DNA from: Nitrospirota bacterium
GTDB lineage: Bacteria > Nitrospirota > Nitrospiria > 2-01-FULL-66-17
Length of the DNA: 64,000 nt
Assembly (NCBI GenBank): GCA_049325295.1
Contig: JBMOMD010000037.1
Location: 4,631-68,630 of the forward strand
Direction of reading: 5' to 3'
The notes beneath the pieces are model-generated. The model worked only from the letters and a program-made list of their open reading frames with translations. It was not told where the DNA came from and ran no database searches. Each line of letters starts with the position of its first letter. Within the stretch, counting starts at the first letter, position 1. A program made the position numbers and the translations under genes. Shown one piece after another: positions 29,637 to 40,133 of the stretch.

Positions 29637-30911
29637 ATGGCTGACGGGACCGAGACCGAAGTCAAAACGAACCCCCAGGGCGACGTCATCACCGCGACCG
29701 AAGCGCCCAAGAAGGAGAAGGAAAACAAAGCGGCCAAACAACGGGTGGTGACGCCCGAGCACCTCTTTTTCGAAGCGCCGCGAACCAAGACGTTCATCAC
29801 GGGCAGCGAGGCCGCGAAGGAAGCCATTCGCCGCGCCAACGTGGACATCGCGATTTCGTACCCGATCACGCCGCAGAGCGAAACCATGCAGCAGGTCGGG
29901 TATCTGTACGCCGAGGGGTACCTCAAGGATTACTACCGCGGCGAAGAAGAGTACGGCGTGATGTCGGCCGTGGCGGGGGCCTCGCGCTCCGGCGTCCGCG
30001 CGCTGACCGCCACCGCCGGCCCGGGATTGATGCGCGGGCTGGAAGTGATCACGTCGTGGCCGGGCGGCCGCATGCCGCTCCTGTTGCTCGTGATGTGCCG
30101 CGTGATCAACGCCCCGTTGGCGATCCAGCCCGACAACATCGAACTGTCGTATCTCCTGAATTGCGGCATTCTGGTGTTCCACGCGGAAAACCAGCAGGAC
30201 TTCTTTGATTTCCCGCTCAAGGCGTATATGATCTCCGAGAAGTGCGAGGTCACGCTTCCGGCCGCGGTGGCGGTGGACGGGTTCTTCGTCACGCACGCGC
30301 GCGGGTGGGTCGAGTTGCCGCCGGAAGATATCAAGTTGCCGCCGCGTGATTCGTATCACGAAGCCGTGCCGATGATGGACAACGAAAATCCCCCGGCGCG
30401 CTTGTCCCGCGACGCGCCCATTCAGAAAAGCAACTTCATCAGCTACCAGATGCACGCGTCGTGGCAGCAGGAGATCTGGGCCGCGGTGGATCGCGCGCGT
30501 CCATGGGTCAAGAAATACATGGGCGGCCTGATCGAGGTGGTCAATCCCGGCGCGGAGACCATGATCGTGGCGTCGGGCAGCGCGGTGTCGCAGTCGCGCG
30601 AAGCCGTGCGCCAGGCGCAGGAACGGGGCGATCGCATCGGGCTGGTGAAGATCCGGTCGTTGCGGCCCTGGCCGGCCCAGGAGTTGATCGAGGCGTGTAA
30701 AGACGCCAAACGGATCATCATCCCGGAGTTCAACTGCGCGGGGTGGCTGGCCAAGGAGGTGCGGTCCACGTTGTGCGGCCACTCGAAAGCCGAGATCGTG
30801 TCCGGTCCTCGCGTGTTCGGCGGCATGTCGATGCCGACCGAATTGATTCTGGAGTATCTGTACAAGGCGCCGAACGCGGATCGCATGACGACCAAACCGC
30901 TGCAGGTCTAA
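29637..30911 (+). CDS. forA: 2-oxoacid (2-oxoglutarate):ferredoxin oxidoreductase, alpha subunit
   Basis: YPITPQSE motif, TATAGPG and GPRVFGG. Confidence 0.85.
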   Translation: MADGTETEVKTNPQGDVITATEAPKKEKENKAAKQRVVTPEHLFFEAPRTKTFITGSEAAKEAIRRANVDIAISYPITPQSETMQQVGYLYAEGYLKDYYRGEEEYGVMSAVAGASRSGVRALTATAGPGLMRGLEVITSWPGGRMPLLLLVMCRVINAPLAIQPDNIELSYLLNCGILVFHAENQQDFFDFPLKAYMISEKCEVTLPAAVAVDGFFVTHARGWVELPPEDIKLPPRDSYHEAVPMMDNENPPARLSRDAPIQKSNFISYQMHASWQQEIWAAVDRARPWVKKYMGGLIEVVNPGAETMIVASGSAVSQSREAVRQAQERGDRIGLVKIRSLRPWPAQELIEACKDAKRIIIPEFNCAGWLAKEVRSTLCGHSKAEIVSGPRVFGGMSMPTELILEYLYKAPNADRMTTKPLQV

Positions 30912-30944
30912 CGCATCGGGTAGCCACCGAACAGGAGGATAGAC

Positions 30945-31829
30945 ATGTCGCTGGAGACATTAAAGATTTCGCCCGGCTTTGAGTCGTACATGCCGAAGGA
31001 ATACGTGGACCTGGTTGAACGCGGGCCCTACGGCCGCGAGGTCAAGGTCAGTGAGATGGGCACGTTCAAGGAAGTCCTCGAAGAGCACCCCATGTGCGCG
31101 GGCTGCGCCATGACGTTGTTCATCCGGACCGCGCTCATCGGGTTGCCGGCTCCGGAACACACCGTGATTCTGGGCACGGCCGGCTGCGGGCGCTTGGCGC
31201 TGTCGCAGGCCTCGATCCCGTTTATCTACGGCAACTACGGGGACACCAACGGCGTGGCGTCCGGATTGAAACGGGGCTTGGGGATCAAGTTTCCGAACCA
31301 GCAGAAGGATGTGGTGGTCATGGCCGGCGACGGCGGGCTGTCGGACATCGGTTTTAGCTGCGTGATGCACTCCTGGTTCCGCAAGGAAAAGTTCACCACC
31401 GTGATGCTGGACAACGAAGTGTACGGCAACACCGGCGGCCAAGAGAGCGGGATGACCAACAAGGGCGTCGTGTTGAAGATGGCCCCGCACGGCAAGAAGT
31501 TCGAGAAGATGGACATGATCGGTCTGGCGAAGACCGCGGGCGTGGCGTACATCGCGCGTCTCGCCCCCACGAACCCGACCCGGATCGCGAACGTGATCCG
31601 CAAAGCGGTGTTGATCGCGCGCGAAGTGGGCCCGACGTACGTGCAGGCGTACACGTCGTGCAACATCGAATACGCGATCCCGACCGCGAAGGTGATGGAC
31701 GACGCGCGCGAGGTGGAGAAGGATCGCTACGGCTTCATGGAGATCATCTCGGATGACGCCAAGGCGTATCTGGAGCGCATCGAGCAGGAAAAGAAGGCCA
31801 AGAAAGCGGTCGCGGCGCCGAAGGCCTAA
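30945..31829 (+). CDS. forB: 2-oxoacid:ferredoxin oxidoreductase, beta (TPP-binding) subunit
   Basis: CAGC, GTAGC and the GDGG...DNEVYGNTGGQ TPP motif. Confidence 0.85.
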   Translation: MSLETLKISPGFESYMPKEYVDLVERGPYGREVKVSEMGTFKEVLEEHPMCAGCAMTLFIRTALIGLPAPEHTVILGTAGCGRLALSQASIPFIYGNYGDTNGVASGLKRGLGIKFPNQQKDVVVMAGDGGLSDIGFSCVMHSWFRKEKFTTVMLDNEVYGNTGGQESGMTNKGVVLKMAPHGKKFEKMDMIGLAKTAGVAYIARLAPTNPTRIANVIRKAVLIAREVGPTYVQAYTSCNIEYAIPTAKVMDDAREVEKDRYGFMEIISDDAKAYLERIEQEKKAKKAVAAPKA

Positions 31830-31869
31830 TGGTCGGACCGCGGGGTAATGGACGGGAGGAGCGGGCGTC

Positions 31870-32580
31870 ATGAAGCGATATAACATCCGGATGGCCGGCA
31901 TCGGCGGGCAGGGCGTGGTGACGGCCTCGCACGTGATGAGCAACGGGGTGATCATCGCGGGGGGCGAAAGCACCCTCGTGCCCTTCTTCGGATCGGAAAA
32001 ACGCATGGCTCCGGTGGAGAGCTACGTGCGGGTGGCTGAAGGGCGGATTTATGAGATCGGGGAGATCATCTACCCCAACGTCATCATGATTTTCCACACC
32101 CAGGTGATCACGCACGGCAAGTCGTACACGATGCCGTTTTATTCGGGGTTGAAGGATGACGGCGTCGTGTTGATCAACTCCGAGCATCCGTTGACGCTCG
32201 AACCCGATCAGGAACGTGAACTTCGGGAAAAGCGCGCCAAGGTGTTCTATATCCCGGCCAGCAAGCTGGCCTCGGAGATCGGCGGAACCGAGTTGGCCAC
32301 CAACATGGGGATGGTGGGGGCCGTGGCCGGGACCATCGGATTGCCGGACCTCACGTCGCTGGAACAGTCGGTCAAGGAGCGCTTCCTCGGCAAGGGTTTC
32401 GTGGTGTCGGGCGGCACGGCTTCGCTCGATAACGTGATCGAGAAAAAATTCGGCAAAAAGGTGGAGTTGATCCAGAAGAATATGGACGTGATCAAGGCGG
32501 CGCACAAATACGCGCTGGATCACAAATGGAACGAACTCGCGGGGACTCAGGCGGCCGCGTTGACGACGGCCGGTCGGTAG
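31870..32580 (+). CDS. forG: 2-oxoacid:ferredoxin oxidoreductase, gamma subunit (forG/forC)
   Basis: IRMAGIGGQGVV and FGSEKRMAPV motifs. Confidence 0.8.
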   Translation: MKRYNIRMAGIGGQGVVTASHVMSNGVIIAGGESTLVPFFGSEKRMAPVESYVRVAEGRIYEIGEIIYPNVIMIFHTQVITHGKSYTMPFYSGLKDDGVVLINSEHPLTLEPDQERELREKRAKVFYIPASKLASEIGGTELATNMGMVGAVAGTIGLPDLTSLEQSVKERFLGKGFVVSGGTASLDNVIEKKFGKKVELIQKNMDVIKAAHKYALDHKWNELAGTQAAALTTAGR

Positions 32581-32610
32581 TCCGCCGTCACGTTGAGATA
32601 GGGGTGATGC

Positions 32611-32874
32611 ATGTACGCAGTGGCGCAAATCGACGTTGATATCTGTTCGAAGACGAGCTGCCGGCTTTGTACCCAGTTCTGTCCGGAGTCCAATACGATC
32701 AATTACGACGTCAAGCGGAACACCGCGTACGTCGCGGTGGATCGCTGCAAGGGATGCGAGATCTGCGTGGGTATTTGCGACAACCTTGCCAAGCACCACG
32801 CGATCAAGATGGTGCCGATTACGGACGTGGTCGGCGGGTACGAGCTGTCCAAGCTCGGCTTTCACAAGTTTTAG
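32611..32874 (+). CDS. forE: Ferredoxin-like epsilon subunit of the oxidoreductase
   Basis: CSKTSCRLCTQFCP and CKGCEICVGIC 4Fe-4S motifs. Confidence 0.8.
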   Translation: MYAVAQIDVDICSKTSCRLCTQFCPESNTINYDVKRNTAYVAVDRCKGCEICVGICDNLAKHHAIKMVPITDVVGGYELSKLGFHKF

Positions 32875-32893
32875 GAACGATCACGCGGTTGAT

Positions 32894-32932
32894 TCGGCCG
32901 GGTTCCTGACAAGGGGCCCGGCCGATTTGTTT
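32894..32932 (+). terminator. Rho-independent terminator of the for operon
   Basis: tcggccggg/cccggccga stem followed by tttgttt. Confidence 0.6.
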
Positions 32933-32962
32933 CACGCCCTACTCGGTCAAAGGATGTCCGAC

Positions 32963-33163
32963 ATGTCACCCGTGGTGTGTCCGCGCTGCGGCCGCGTCAA
33001 CGACACGCGCAGCAGTTTCTGCGAGGGGTGTTTACACGAATTCCCGTCGTCCACTTGGGACACGCGGACGCTGATCTGTCCCGAGTGCCGCTACGAGAAT
33101 TCGTACGCGAGCGACCACTGCGAGCGGTGTCACGAACCGCTCAAGCCCGGACAAGCGGAGTAG
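32963..33163 (+). CDS. Small double zinc-ribbon protein
   Basis: Four CxxC pairs (CPRC, CEGC, CPEC, CERC); AAGGA RBS. Confidence 0.7.
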   Translation: MSPVVCPRCGRVNDTRSSFCEGCLHEFPSSTWDTRTLICPECRYENSYASDHCERCHEPLKPGQAE

Positions 33164-33177
33164 CGGGGGGGGGCGAT

Positions 33178-33600
33178 TTACTCGACGTCGAGCTGTTTGA
33201 GCAGCTCCACGTACGTGAGCTCTTCGAACTGCTGCCCGCGGCGAAACGTGGTGAAGTAGAGTTCGGCGTACACCGAGGCGATGGCGTGGACCGCCTCGTG
33301 ACGCTCGATCCCGCGCGCGGTCAGCCGATTCAGCGTGTCCACGGTTTCCGGCGGGGACTTGGTCTGGAGTTGTTTCTCCACGAGGACGTGCAGCGCGGTG
33401 TGGATGAACGGGTTGACCACGGTCCCGTTGACTTCCTGCGGCGTGGCGGACATTTCGCCCAATTCCCAGATCGGATCGAGTTCCGGATGCAGGTCCATGG
33501 CTTGGGCGATCAGTTCGTCCTCGCCCTCGATCGGCGCGTTTTCCAGGCGCTTTTTGGCGATGGTGGTAAATCGCCATTGGTTGTCGCGGTCAAACAGCAC
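33178..33600 (-). CDS. DUF1841 family protein
   Basis: MDLHPE, NPFIHTALHVLVEKQL and RHEAVH motifs. Confidence 0.75.
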   Translation of the reverse strand: MLFDRDNQWRFTTIAKKRLENAPIEGEDELIAQAMDLHPELDPIWELGEMSATPQEVNGTVVNPFIHTALHVLVEKQLQTKSPPETVDTLNRLTARGIERHEAVHAIASVYAELYFTTFRRGQQFEELTYVELLKQLDVE

Positions 33601-33611
33601 GCGGTTCTCCG

Positions 33612-33896
33612 TCAGGGAGTGTCGGTGGTGTGGATGCGACGATCGCGGCCGGTTTCGCCGTAGACCATGAACACCTTTTTGCCTTGGCGAACGTGGTAGG
33701 TGGCCCAGGCCGGGCTTTGGTCGCCGTATTTCGCGTCAGGATCGGTTCCGTGCGCCTTGAGAAAGTCCGGGTACGTGAGCCCCGCGTCGTAGACGTCGGC
33801 GAGGAGGCAGTCGGTTCGAAACCCTCGGCCGTGCAGTGAGATTTTCCCGAGCAATTCTTCAATCGCTTCGGGGTCGTTCAGTTCAATCGGGTCCAT
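33612..33896 (-). CDS. Hypothetical protein
   Basis: Clean 94-aa ORF with ATG, co-oriented with the DUF1841 gene. Confidence 0.65.
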   Translation of the reverse strand: MDPIELNDPEAIEELLGKISLHGRGFRTDCLLADVYDAGLTYPDFLKAHGTDPDAKYGDQSPAWATYHVRQGKKVFMVYGETGRDRRIHTTDTP

Positions 33897-34238
33897 GCGT
33901 ACACTCTTGGTTACGAGAAATGTGATAATGTCTTTTTTTGAAATTTTACGGGACGACGGGGTGGAGATGCAAGGTTGCCGGAATTCCGGCGGGACCGCAT
34001 ATTTTGAAGCCTGAAATTCAGCAATTACTGGCCGATGAGTGGCTATACCGCAATGAGCCAGGCACGGATGTTGAATTCAAAAACGAAAGCGCTGAACGTG
34101 CGGAAAATATGGTACGCCGTGCGGCATGCTCCACCGCACCGCGCCACACGCGATTCAGGCGCGTCCTTTTCCTGCGTGGATCAACGAGGTCCCGCGCTGT
34201 GCCGCGGGCAGGGTTGATCGTGGCATCATGTGGAGTGA

Positions 34239-34988
34239 GTGTTTAGGCGATTGATCAAGAGAGTCGTCGTGACCGGTGTCGGAACGCCTCCCGCTCCGGC
34301 GGTCGTCGCGGCGTTCAAGCGGCGCGGCTGGTTGGTGGTCGGCGTTGACGCGGAGTTTCATCCGCGACAGGTCAACCAGTTTTATTTGGTCTCGCGGGGC
34401 GATCAGCCCGGATTCGTCGACGAGCTCCTGATGTTGGTACGGCGTGAACGCACGACCCTGGTCGTGCCGACGCGCGACGTCGACGCGCTGGCCGTCGCGC
34501 GAAGCGTCCACGAGTTCCGGCGACTGGGCGCCGGCGTGTATCTTCCGGATTATGGGACGATCGAAACGTTGAGCGGCGGTGACGGCGCGCTCTCCGTGGT
34601 GCGGCGGTTGGGGATCGACGCGTACGATCCCCCGGGGTTCCCGGCGCCGCCGATGCCCGGCGTGCAGTGGTTCGAGGTGTCCGCGTGCCGGGACGCGCGG
34701 TTGCCCTTATCGGCGGTGGCATGCGCCGTCCATGAGCTGTGGGCCGACGCGGGCGGCTCGTCGGTGACGGCGGAGCGTCGCAAAGGCGAGGCGGACGTCG
34801 AGGAATTCGCGGCGCGCGCGATCCATGCGCTGGGCATCCCGGGACCGAGCACGGTGCTGGTTCGTCGAGCTCCAGACGGCCGGCTCGGCGTCGAGCGGGT
34901 GTCGTTACGGCCGTGCGAATACGCCCCGTTTACCGACGACATGTTGGACGCGTTCCTCTCGCTCTGGGAGCGCGATCAACCGCAGTAA
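34239..34988 (+). CDS. Degenerate/truncated ATP-grasp-like protein (PylC/CarB-like N-terminus)
   Basis: VVVTGVG, VVGVDA and LVVPTRD N-domain; C-terminal GIPGPSTVLVRR...LGVERVSLR resembles a decayed EINPR region. Confidence 0.5.
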   Translation: MFRRLIKRVVVTGVGTPPAPAVVAAFKRRGWLVVGVDAEFHPRQVNQFYLVSRGDQPGFVDELLMLVRRERTTLVVPTRDVDALAVARSVHEFRRLGAGVYLPDYGTIETLSGGDGALSVVRRLGIDAYDPPGFPAPPMPGVQWFEVSACRDARLPLSAVACAVHELWADAGGSSVTAERRKGEADVEEFAARAIHALGIPGPSTVLVRRAPDGRLGVERVSLRPCEYAPFTDDMLDAFLSLWERDQPQ

Positions 34989-35139
34989 GCCGAGCCCGCT
35001 GCTCGCGGGCTCGGGTCCGATGACGCGGACCTGACGTCAGGTGGACCCGCCGCGCGCCGCGACTTGTTCGCGTCGCACACGGGGTGGTAGACTCCCGGCG
35101 GACGACGGCTGGACGGACGTTTCCGGTCCGCGCTCATTC

Positions 35140-35889
35140 ATGACCACGCGCGCTGAAATCCTGATCATCGGGAATGAAATTCTCTCCGGCAAGGTCGCGG
35201 ACGAACATACCGCGTTTCTGTGCCGGGAGCTCCGCGATTTGGGAGTGGACGTCCGTCGAGTGGTGGTGCTCCCGGACGAGGTCGATACGATCGCCGAGGC
35301 GATTCGCGCGGCCTGGGACCGGGCCGATCTGATTTTCACGACCGGAGGGGTGGGCCCCACGCACGACGACGTCACGATCGAGGGCGTCGCGAAAGGATTG
35401 GGGCGTCCGTTGGTTCGCCATCCCGTGCTGGCCCAATTGGTTCGGGAGGTGTATGGCGCGTCCGATGACCCGTACGTCAACCGAATGGCCGATGTGCCGG
35501 AGGGCGCGATGCTGATCGCAGCCGAGGGGCTTCGCGTTCCCGTGCTCGCGGTGGAAAAGGTGTATGTGTTCCCGGGCGTGCCCGAGGTGTTCCGGCGTAA
35601 GTTTCAGGCCATCAAGGCTCGGTTCCGGAGCCCGCCGTTCTTCCTGCGAACGATATACCTCGGCGTAGGGGAGGAGGCGGTTGCGGGGTTGCTGTACGAA
35701 GCGGCCGCGAAACATTCGGGTGTGGCCCTGGGATCGTACCCGGTGGGACGCCAAGCGCCCTATCGCGTACGCCTGACTTTGGAATCGAAGGACAAAAATC
35801 GGTTGGAAGCGGCCTTCTCGTTCGTGATGGCGGGCGTCCCGGATGGGAGCGTGGTGTCGGTGGATCGCGAGCCCGCTCCGACGGAGTAA
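35140..35889 (+). CDS. CinA-like molybdopterin-binding domain protein
   Basis: IIGNEILSG, TTGGVGPTHDDVT, FPGVP and LGSYP motifs. Confidence 0.88.
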   Translation: MTTRAEILIIGNEILSGKVADEHTAFLCRELRDLGVDVRRVVVLPDEVDTIAEAIRAAWDRADLIFTTGGVGPTHDDVTIEGVAKGLGRPLVRHPVLAQLVREVYGASDDPYVNRMADVPEGAMLIAAEGLRVPVLAVEKVYVFPGVPEVFRRKFQAIKARFRSPPFFLRTIYLGVGEEAVAGLLYEAAAKHSGVALGSYPVGRQAPYRVRLTLESKDKNRLEAAFSFVMAGVPDGSVVSVDREPAPTE

Positions 35890-35914
35890 CGTCGGAGCGG
35901 GCTCGGCAAGGTTG

Positions 35915-37081
35915 TTACGCGCCCGCGGCGTCCAGCAGAAGGTTCCACGACGTGTTGGCGTTGTGGAAATGGCGCCGGGCGGCGGTCAACTCGTCTTTAA
36001 GGGCCACGACCAAGTGTCGTCGCTTCTCGTCCATGGAATGTTTCGCCGCGGCGTAGTCCACCTTGAGGCGGTCCCATTGGGCCCGAGCCGCCACGAGCGC
36101 CTCGTGCGCCGCGTGAAGTTTGCCCTCCATGGCGGTTCGAAATTCCTGCGAGCGGTGCGCGAGTTTTTGTTGCGCGGTTTCCCGCTGCACATCGAGTCGG
36201 GCCTGAAAGATGTGCGCGTCTTTGGCGGTGCGGAGACGATCCGCCCACCCCAGCGCGGCCAACGTGCGGATCAGCCATTTCGTGGGGTCCCAGTCGAACC
36301 ACCGGATGCCGTTCCGGTAATCGTACTGAAACTGGTGATGGAAATTGTGGTACCCCTCGCCGTAGGTCAGCAACGCGACGAGCCCGCTGTCGCGTGAGGA
36401 GTCCTTGGTCGAGTACGGCCGACGTCCCATGTAGTGACACAGCGAATTGATCAGAAACGTCGAGTGGTGCACGATCACGGTCCGAGCGACCCCGATCAGC
36501 AGGAACCCGCCCCACCAGTCGCCCACGGCCCATCCAAAGAGCAGGGGGAGGACTCCGCCGACGCCGATGGCGAGCGGCACGTAGTACCGATTTTGCCACA
36601 TCACCAACGGATCTTTTTTCAAATCCTGGACGTTGCTGAAATCGTAGGAGGATTTCTTAAAGAAAATCCACCCGATGTGCGCCCAGAAAAATCCGCGATT
36701 GATGTTGTACGGATCCCGCTCTTGATCCACGTACATGTGGTGGTAGCGGTGGTCCGAGGACCACTTGAGCGCCGAGTTTTGGCAGGCCGCCGCCCCGAAG
36801 ACCAGGAAAAACGCGCGGACCGGAGCCGTGGTCTGGTACGACTGGTGGGAAAAGAGCCGGTGGTAGCCCCCGGTGATCGACAGGCCGGTGGCCGCCAGGT
36901 AGAACCCGAAGAGGGCGAGGATCGGCCACGAAAAGCCGTGGGTCGCCAAGTGAAGGGGCACCCCGACGATCGCGACCACGAACGTCCCGATCAGAAAGAG
37001 CGTGTTGACCCAATCGATGGCGTTGCGGCGCGTTCGCGAAGGGATGGTCCCGGTGCTTTCGAGTGTTTCAGTCTCGTTCAT
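35915..37081 (-). CDS. Acyl-CoA/acyl-lipid delta-9 fatty acid desaturase
   Basis: His boxes HRLFSH, HRYHH and HNFHH; GEGY and DPTKW motifs. Confidence 0.92.
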   Translation of the reverse strand: MNETETLESTGTIPSRTRRNAIDWVNTLFLIGTFVVAIVGVPLHLATHGFSWPILALFGFYLAATGLSITGGYHRLFSHQSYQTTAPVRAFFLVFGAAACQNSALKWSSDHRYHHMYVDQERDPYNINRGFFWAHIGWIFFKKSSYDFSNVQDLKKDPLVMWQNRYYVPLAIGVGGVLPLLFGWAVGDWWGGFLLIGVARTVIVHHSTFLINSLCHYMGRRPYSTKDSSRDSGLVALLTYGEGYHNFHHQFQYDYRNGIRWFDWDPTKWLIRTLAALGWADRLRTAKDAHIFQARLDVQRETAQQKLAHRSQEFRTAMEGKLHAAHEALVAARAQWDRLKVDYAAAKHSMDEKRRHLVVALKDELTAARRHFHNANTSWNLLLDAAGA

Positions 37082-37154
37082 AACGTACTCCCGAAGAAAA
37101 ATAGTCCCGTGCCGATGTGGACGGCCTCAAGTATTTCAGCGACCGGCCGCGTCG

Positions 37155-37478
37155 TCAATGGTTGCGCGGAGCCGAGGTGGCGGTTGGGCGGACGGTGACG
37201 AGGTACTGTCTTCGGTTGGACGCCGAGAACTTCCATCCGACTCGGTATTCCAGGACGAGCGAATGTTCGCCCGGCGTTTTGGCCAAAAACGTGAATGTGC
37301 GGCGTCCAAAATCCGCGGTATCCACGTTGACGGTGCGCTGGTAATCGTCGTCGATCAAATCGAGGGCGATCGAATCGTATTGCGGCGTCCAACTGTACCC
37401 CGCGGTCCGATCTTCCCAGACCGTGACGTCGAAGGACTCTCCGACCGACACGTCGAGGGTTTTTGATGGTTGTTGCAT
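37155..37478 (-). CDS. Protease inhibitor I42 (chagasin) family protein
   Basis: VGESFDV...TAGYSW and [18 protein letters not shown] motifs. Confidence 0.7.
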   Translation of the reverse strand: MQQPSKTLDVSVGESFDVTVWEDRTAGYSWTPQYDSIALDLIDDDYQRTVNVDTADFGRRTFTFLAKTPGEHSLVLEYRVGWKFSASNRRQYLVTVRPTATSAPRNH

Positions 37479-37581
37479 GGTGGTCGCGTTCAACGCCGTC
37501 CTCCGATCCACGTTCCACGTCCGGATAATTAGCGCGGATCATACCACAGACGTGGGGGCTTCGTCACGGGCCGCCGGCGGT

Positions 37582-37610
37582 TTGAAAAGCGGGGCGGCTT
37601 TCGGTATGAT
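37582..37610 (+). promoter_or_regulatory. Sigma70-like promoter of fabI
   Basis: TTGAAA-17-TATGAT, followed by a GGAGG RBS. Confidence 0.6.
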
Positions 37611-37632
37611 CGCCGCGTTTCGGAGGACGTTC

Positions 37633-38424
37633 ATGGGCCTGTTGGACGGGAAAAAGTGCGTCGTCATGGGCGTCGCCAGCGAGCGCAGCATCGCGTGGGG
37701 CATCGCCCAGGCGCTGCACAAGGAAGGCGCCGGCCTGGCCTTCACCTACGCGGGGGACGCCATGGAGCGCCGCGTGCGTCCGTTGGCCGATTCGCTCGGG
37801 CAGAAGGTGGTGGTGCCCTGCGACGTGACCAAGGACGAGGAGATCACGCGGGCGTTTGAGACCATCGGGGCCGCCTTCGACGGAGTCGACATTCTGATCC
37901 ACTCCATCGCGTTCGCGAATCGCGAGGACCTCAAGCAGCGGTTCGTGGACACCTCGCGCGAGGGCTTTCGAGTGGCGCTGGACGTCAGCGCGTATTCGCT
38001 CGTGGCCGCGGCGCGCGCCGCGCGGCCGCTGATGCTCGGTCGTCGGGGCAGCGTGCTCACGCTCTCGTACTACGGGGCTGAAAAGGTGATGCCCAATTAC
38101 AACGTCATGGGCGTGGCCAAGGCCGCGCTGGAGGCGAGCGTCCGATATCTGGCCGCGGACCTGGGGTCGGAGGGGATTCGGGTCAACGCGATTTCCGCGG
38201 GGCCGATCAAGACCCTTGCGGCCGCCGGCATCGCGGGATTTCGGGAGATCCTTCATTACAATGAGACGGTCGCGCCGCTGCGCCGCAACATCACGTTGGA
38301 CGACGTGGGCGGGGCCGCGGTGTTTTTGTGCAGCGAGCTGGCGGCCGGCGTGACGGGCGAAGTCCTCTACGTGGACGGTGGGTACCACATTATCGGGATG
38401 GGGATGCCGACCCCGGCGACGTGA
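37633..38424 (+). CDS. fabI: Enoyl-ACP reductase
   Basis: [30 protein letters not shown] and [10 protein letters not shown] motifs. Confidence 0.95.
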   Translation: MGLLDGKKCVVMGVASERSIAWGIAQALHKEGAGLAFTYAGDAMERRVRPLADSLGQKVVVPCDVTKDEEITRAFETIGAAFDGVDILIHSIAFANREDLKQRFVDTSREGFRVALDVSAYSLVAAARAARPLMLGRRGSVLTLSYYGAEKVMPNYNVMGVAKAALEASVRYLAADLGSEGIRVNAISAGPIKTLAAAGIAGFREILHYNETVAPLRRNITLDDVGGAAVFLCSELAAGVTGEVLYVDGGYHIIGMGMPTPAT

Positions 38425-39356
38425 GCCGTCCCGGCGAATGTGTCCTGATCGGCCTGGCGACGGCCGATCCCTCGTCGGCGGTCGCCGCGGCCGCGGCCGC
38501 GCTCAAGTCCGACGGCGCGCGAATCGGCGATCGACGGGTGGTGGCCGGCCGGCGTTTCCACGCCGTGGCGTGCGAGGTCACGGCGTCGGGTTCCGCCGCG
38601 TGGCGAGACCTGACGCGCGCGCTTCGGCCGCTGCAGGCGCGGCTGGGGGTGGATTTGGCCGTTGTCCCGTCCGATCCCGATCGTCGAACTCCGAAAGTGC
38701 TGGTCATGGACATGGACTCCACCTTGGTGCAGAGCGAAGGCATCGACGAACTCGCCAGGGAAGCGGGCGTGGGCGAACAGGTGGCCGCGATCACGCGGCG
38801 GGCGATGAACGGCGAGTTGGATTTTCGCGGCGCGTTGAAGGAGCGCGTCGGCCTGCTGCGGGGCCTGTCCGCCGAGGCGCTCGCCACGGTGCACGCGCGC
38901 ACGTTTCCCACGCCGGGCGCCGAGATCCTCCTGGACACCCTGCGCAAGGTCGGGTGCGCCTTGGCCGTGGTCAGCGGAGGGTTCGACTATTTCACCGAGC
39001 GGCTCAAGAACCGGTTGGGGTTGGATCACGCGCTGGCCAATCGTCTGGAGGTCGAGGGCGGGCGGTTGACCGGACGGTTGGTCGGCGACATCGTGGACGG
39101 CGCACGCAAGTCCGCCATGGTCGACGAGTTGGCGCGCGCGTACGGGGTGGGGCTCGATCGGGTGGTGGCGATCGGCGACGGCGCGAACGATCTCCCGATG
39201 TTGGGGCGCGCGGGCCTCGGCGTGGCCTTTTGCGCCAAACCCGCGGTGCGCGAGTCCGCGCCCGTGACCGTGAGCGTGAAGGATCTGTCGGCCGTGTTAT
39301 GCTTCCTGGGATACGACGAGCGGGAGTTCGCCCATGAAGCCGAAAACCGTTGCTGA
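38421..39356 (+). CDS. serB: Phosphoserine phosphatase
   Basis: [27 protein letters not shown] and GDGANDL motifs. Confidence 0.9.
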   Translation: MSRPGECVLIGLATADPSSAVAAAAAALKSDGARIGDRRVVAGRRFHAVACEVTASGSAAWRDLTRALRPLQARLGVDLAVVPSDPDRRTPKVLVMDMDSTLVQSEGIDELAREAGVGEQVAAITRRAMNGELDFRGALKERVGLLRGLSAEALATVHARTFPTPGAEILLDTLRKVGCALAVVSGGFDYFTERLKNRLGLDHALANRLEVEGGRLTGRLVGDIVDGARKSAMVDELARAYGVGLDRVVAIGDGANDLPMLGRAGLGVAFCAKPAVRESAPVTVSVKDLSAVLCFLGYDEREFAHEAENRC

Positions 39357-39957
39357 TGTGGTCCGAGGGTACGACGCCCCCCTGGCGCGATTGGTCGAAG
39401 CGTATTTTCGCGGCAACGAGGCCGCGCGGGTGGCGCTGGATCTTTCCGGTCGATCCGGTCGGCCGTTCGTGATCGATCACGCCGCGATCCGCACGCACCG
39501 GGTCGATGAGCGGGCCCGGGAATTTCAGCGACTCGGGTTCGAGTACCGCGACGAGCTGGTCGAGTTTTCCGACCAAGGCTGGTGGGCCAAGGTGTATCGC
39601 AAAACCGGCATGCCGGCCTTGTTCGTGGATCAAGCGTACGACGACGCGCGCGGCAAGAAGAGCCTGTTGTCCGCGTGGGTGGATCGGTTCGGCGATCGCG
39701 TACTGCACCACGTCGCGATTCGGGTCCCGGACATCGACGCCGCGAAAGCGGAGCTGGAACGGGAGGGCGTGCAGTTTTCCGGCGCGATCGTAGGGCCGCG
39801 CGGGACCAGGTTGCGACAGATCTTCACGGCCGCGGAGGTGCGAGACGGCCATCCCTTTACTGTGCTTGAACTGGCGGAGCGCAACGGGTACGAAGGGTTT
39901 GTGCCGGAGCAGGCCGACGGCCTCATGCAGTCCTCGGTCGTCAAAAAGACCGCGTAA
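39334..39957 (+). CDS. VOC/glyoxalase superfamily protein
   Basis: IDHAAIRT, LHHVAIRVPDI, LRQIFT and LELAER motifs. Confidence 0.75.
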   Translation: MKPKTVADVVRGYDAPLARLVEAYFRGNEAARVALDLSGRSGRPFVIDHAAIRTHRVDERAREFQRLGFEYRDELVEFSDQGWWAKVYRKTGMPALFVDQAYDDARGKKSLLSAWVDRFGDRVLHHVAIRVPDIDAAKAELEREGVQFSGAIVGPRGTRLRQIFTAAEVRDGHPFTVLELAERNGYEGFVPEQADGLMQSSVVKKTA

Positions 39958-40079
39958 GCCTCATCATCAGGGGCCATCTGCGGCGTTGCCGGCTGCGCAT
40001 CCGATCCTCGCGTACGACCCAGTACGCTCCGGTTCGGTGCTCGCCGGCGCCTTGCACCTGGCCCGCTGCTGATGAGACT
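39957..40079 (+). mobile_element. Rod-like palindromic MITE-like element, copy C
   Basis: Terminal inverted repeats agcctcatca/tgatgagact; ccatctgcggcgttg, cgtacgacccagtacgct and cgccttgca motifs. Confidence 0.75.
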
Positions 40080-40133
40080 CCGATTGGTTCCCAATCGGGG
40101 AATATAGAGAACAAGATCATGGGAGGAGTTGGG

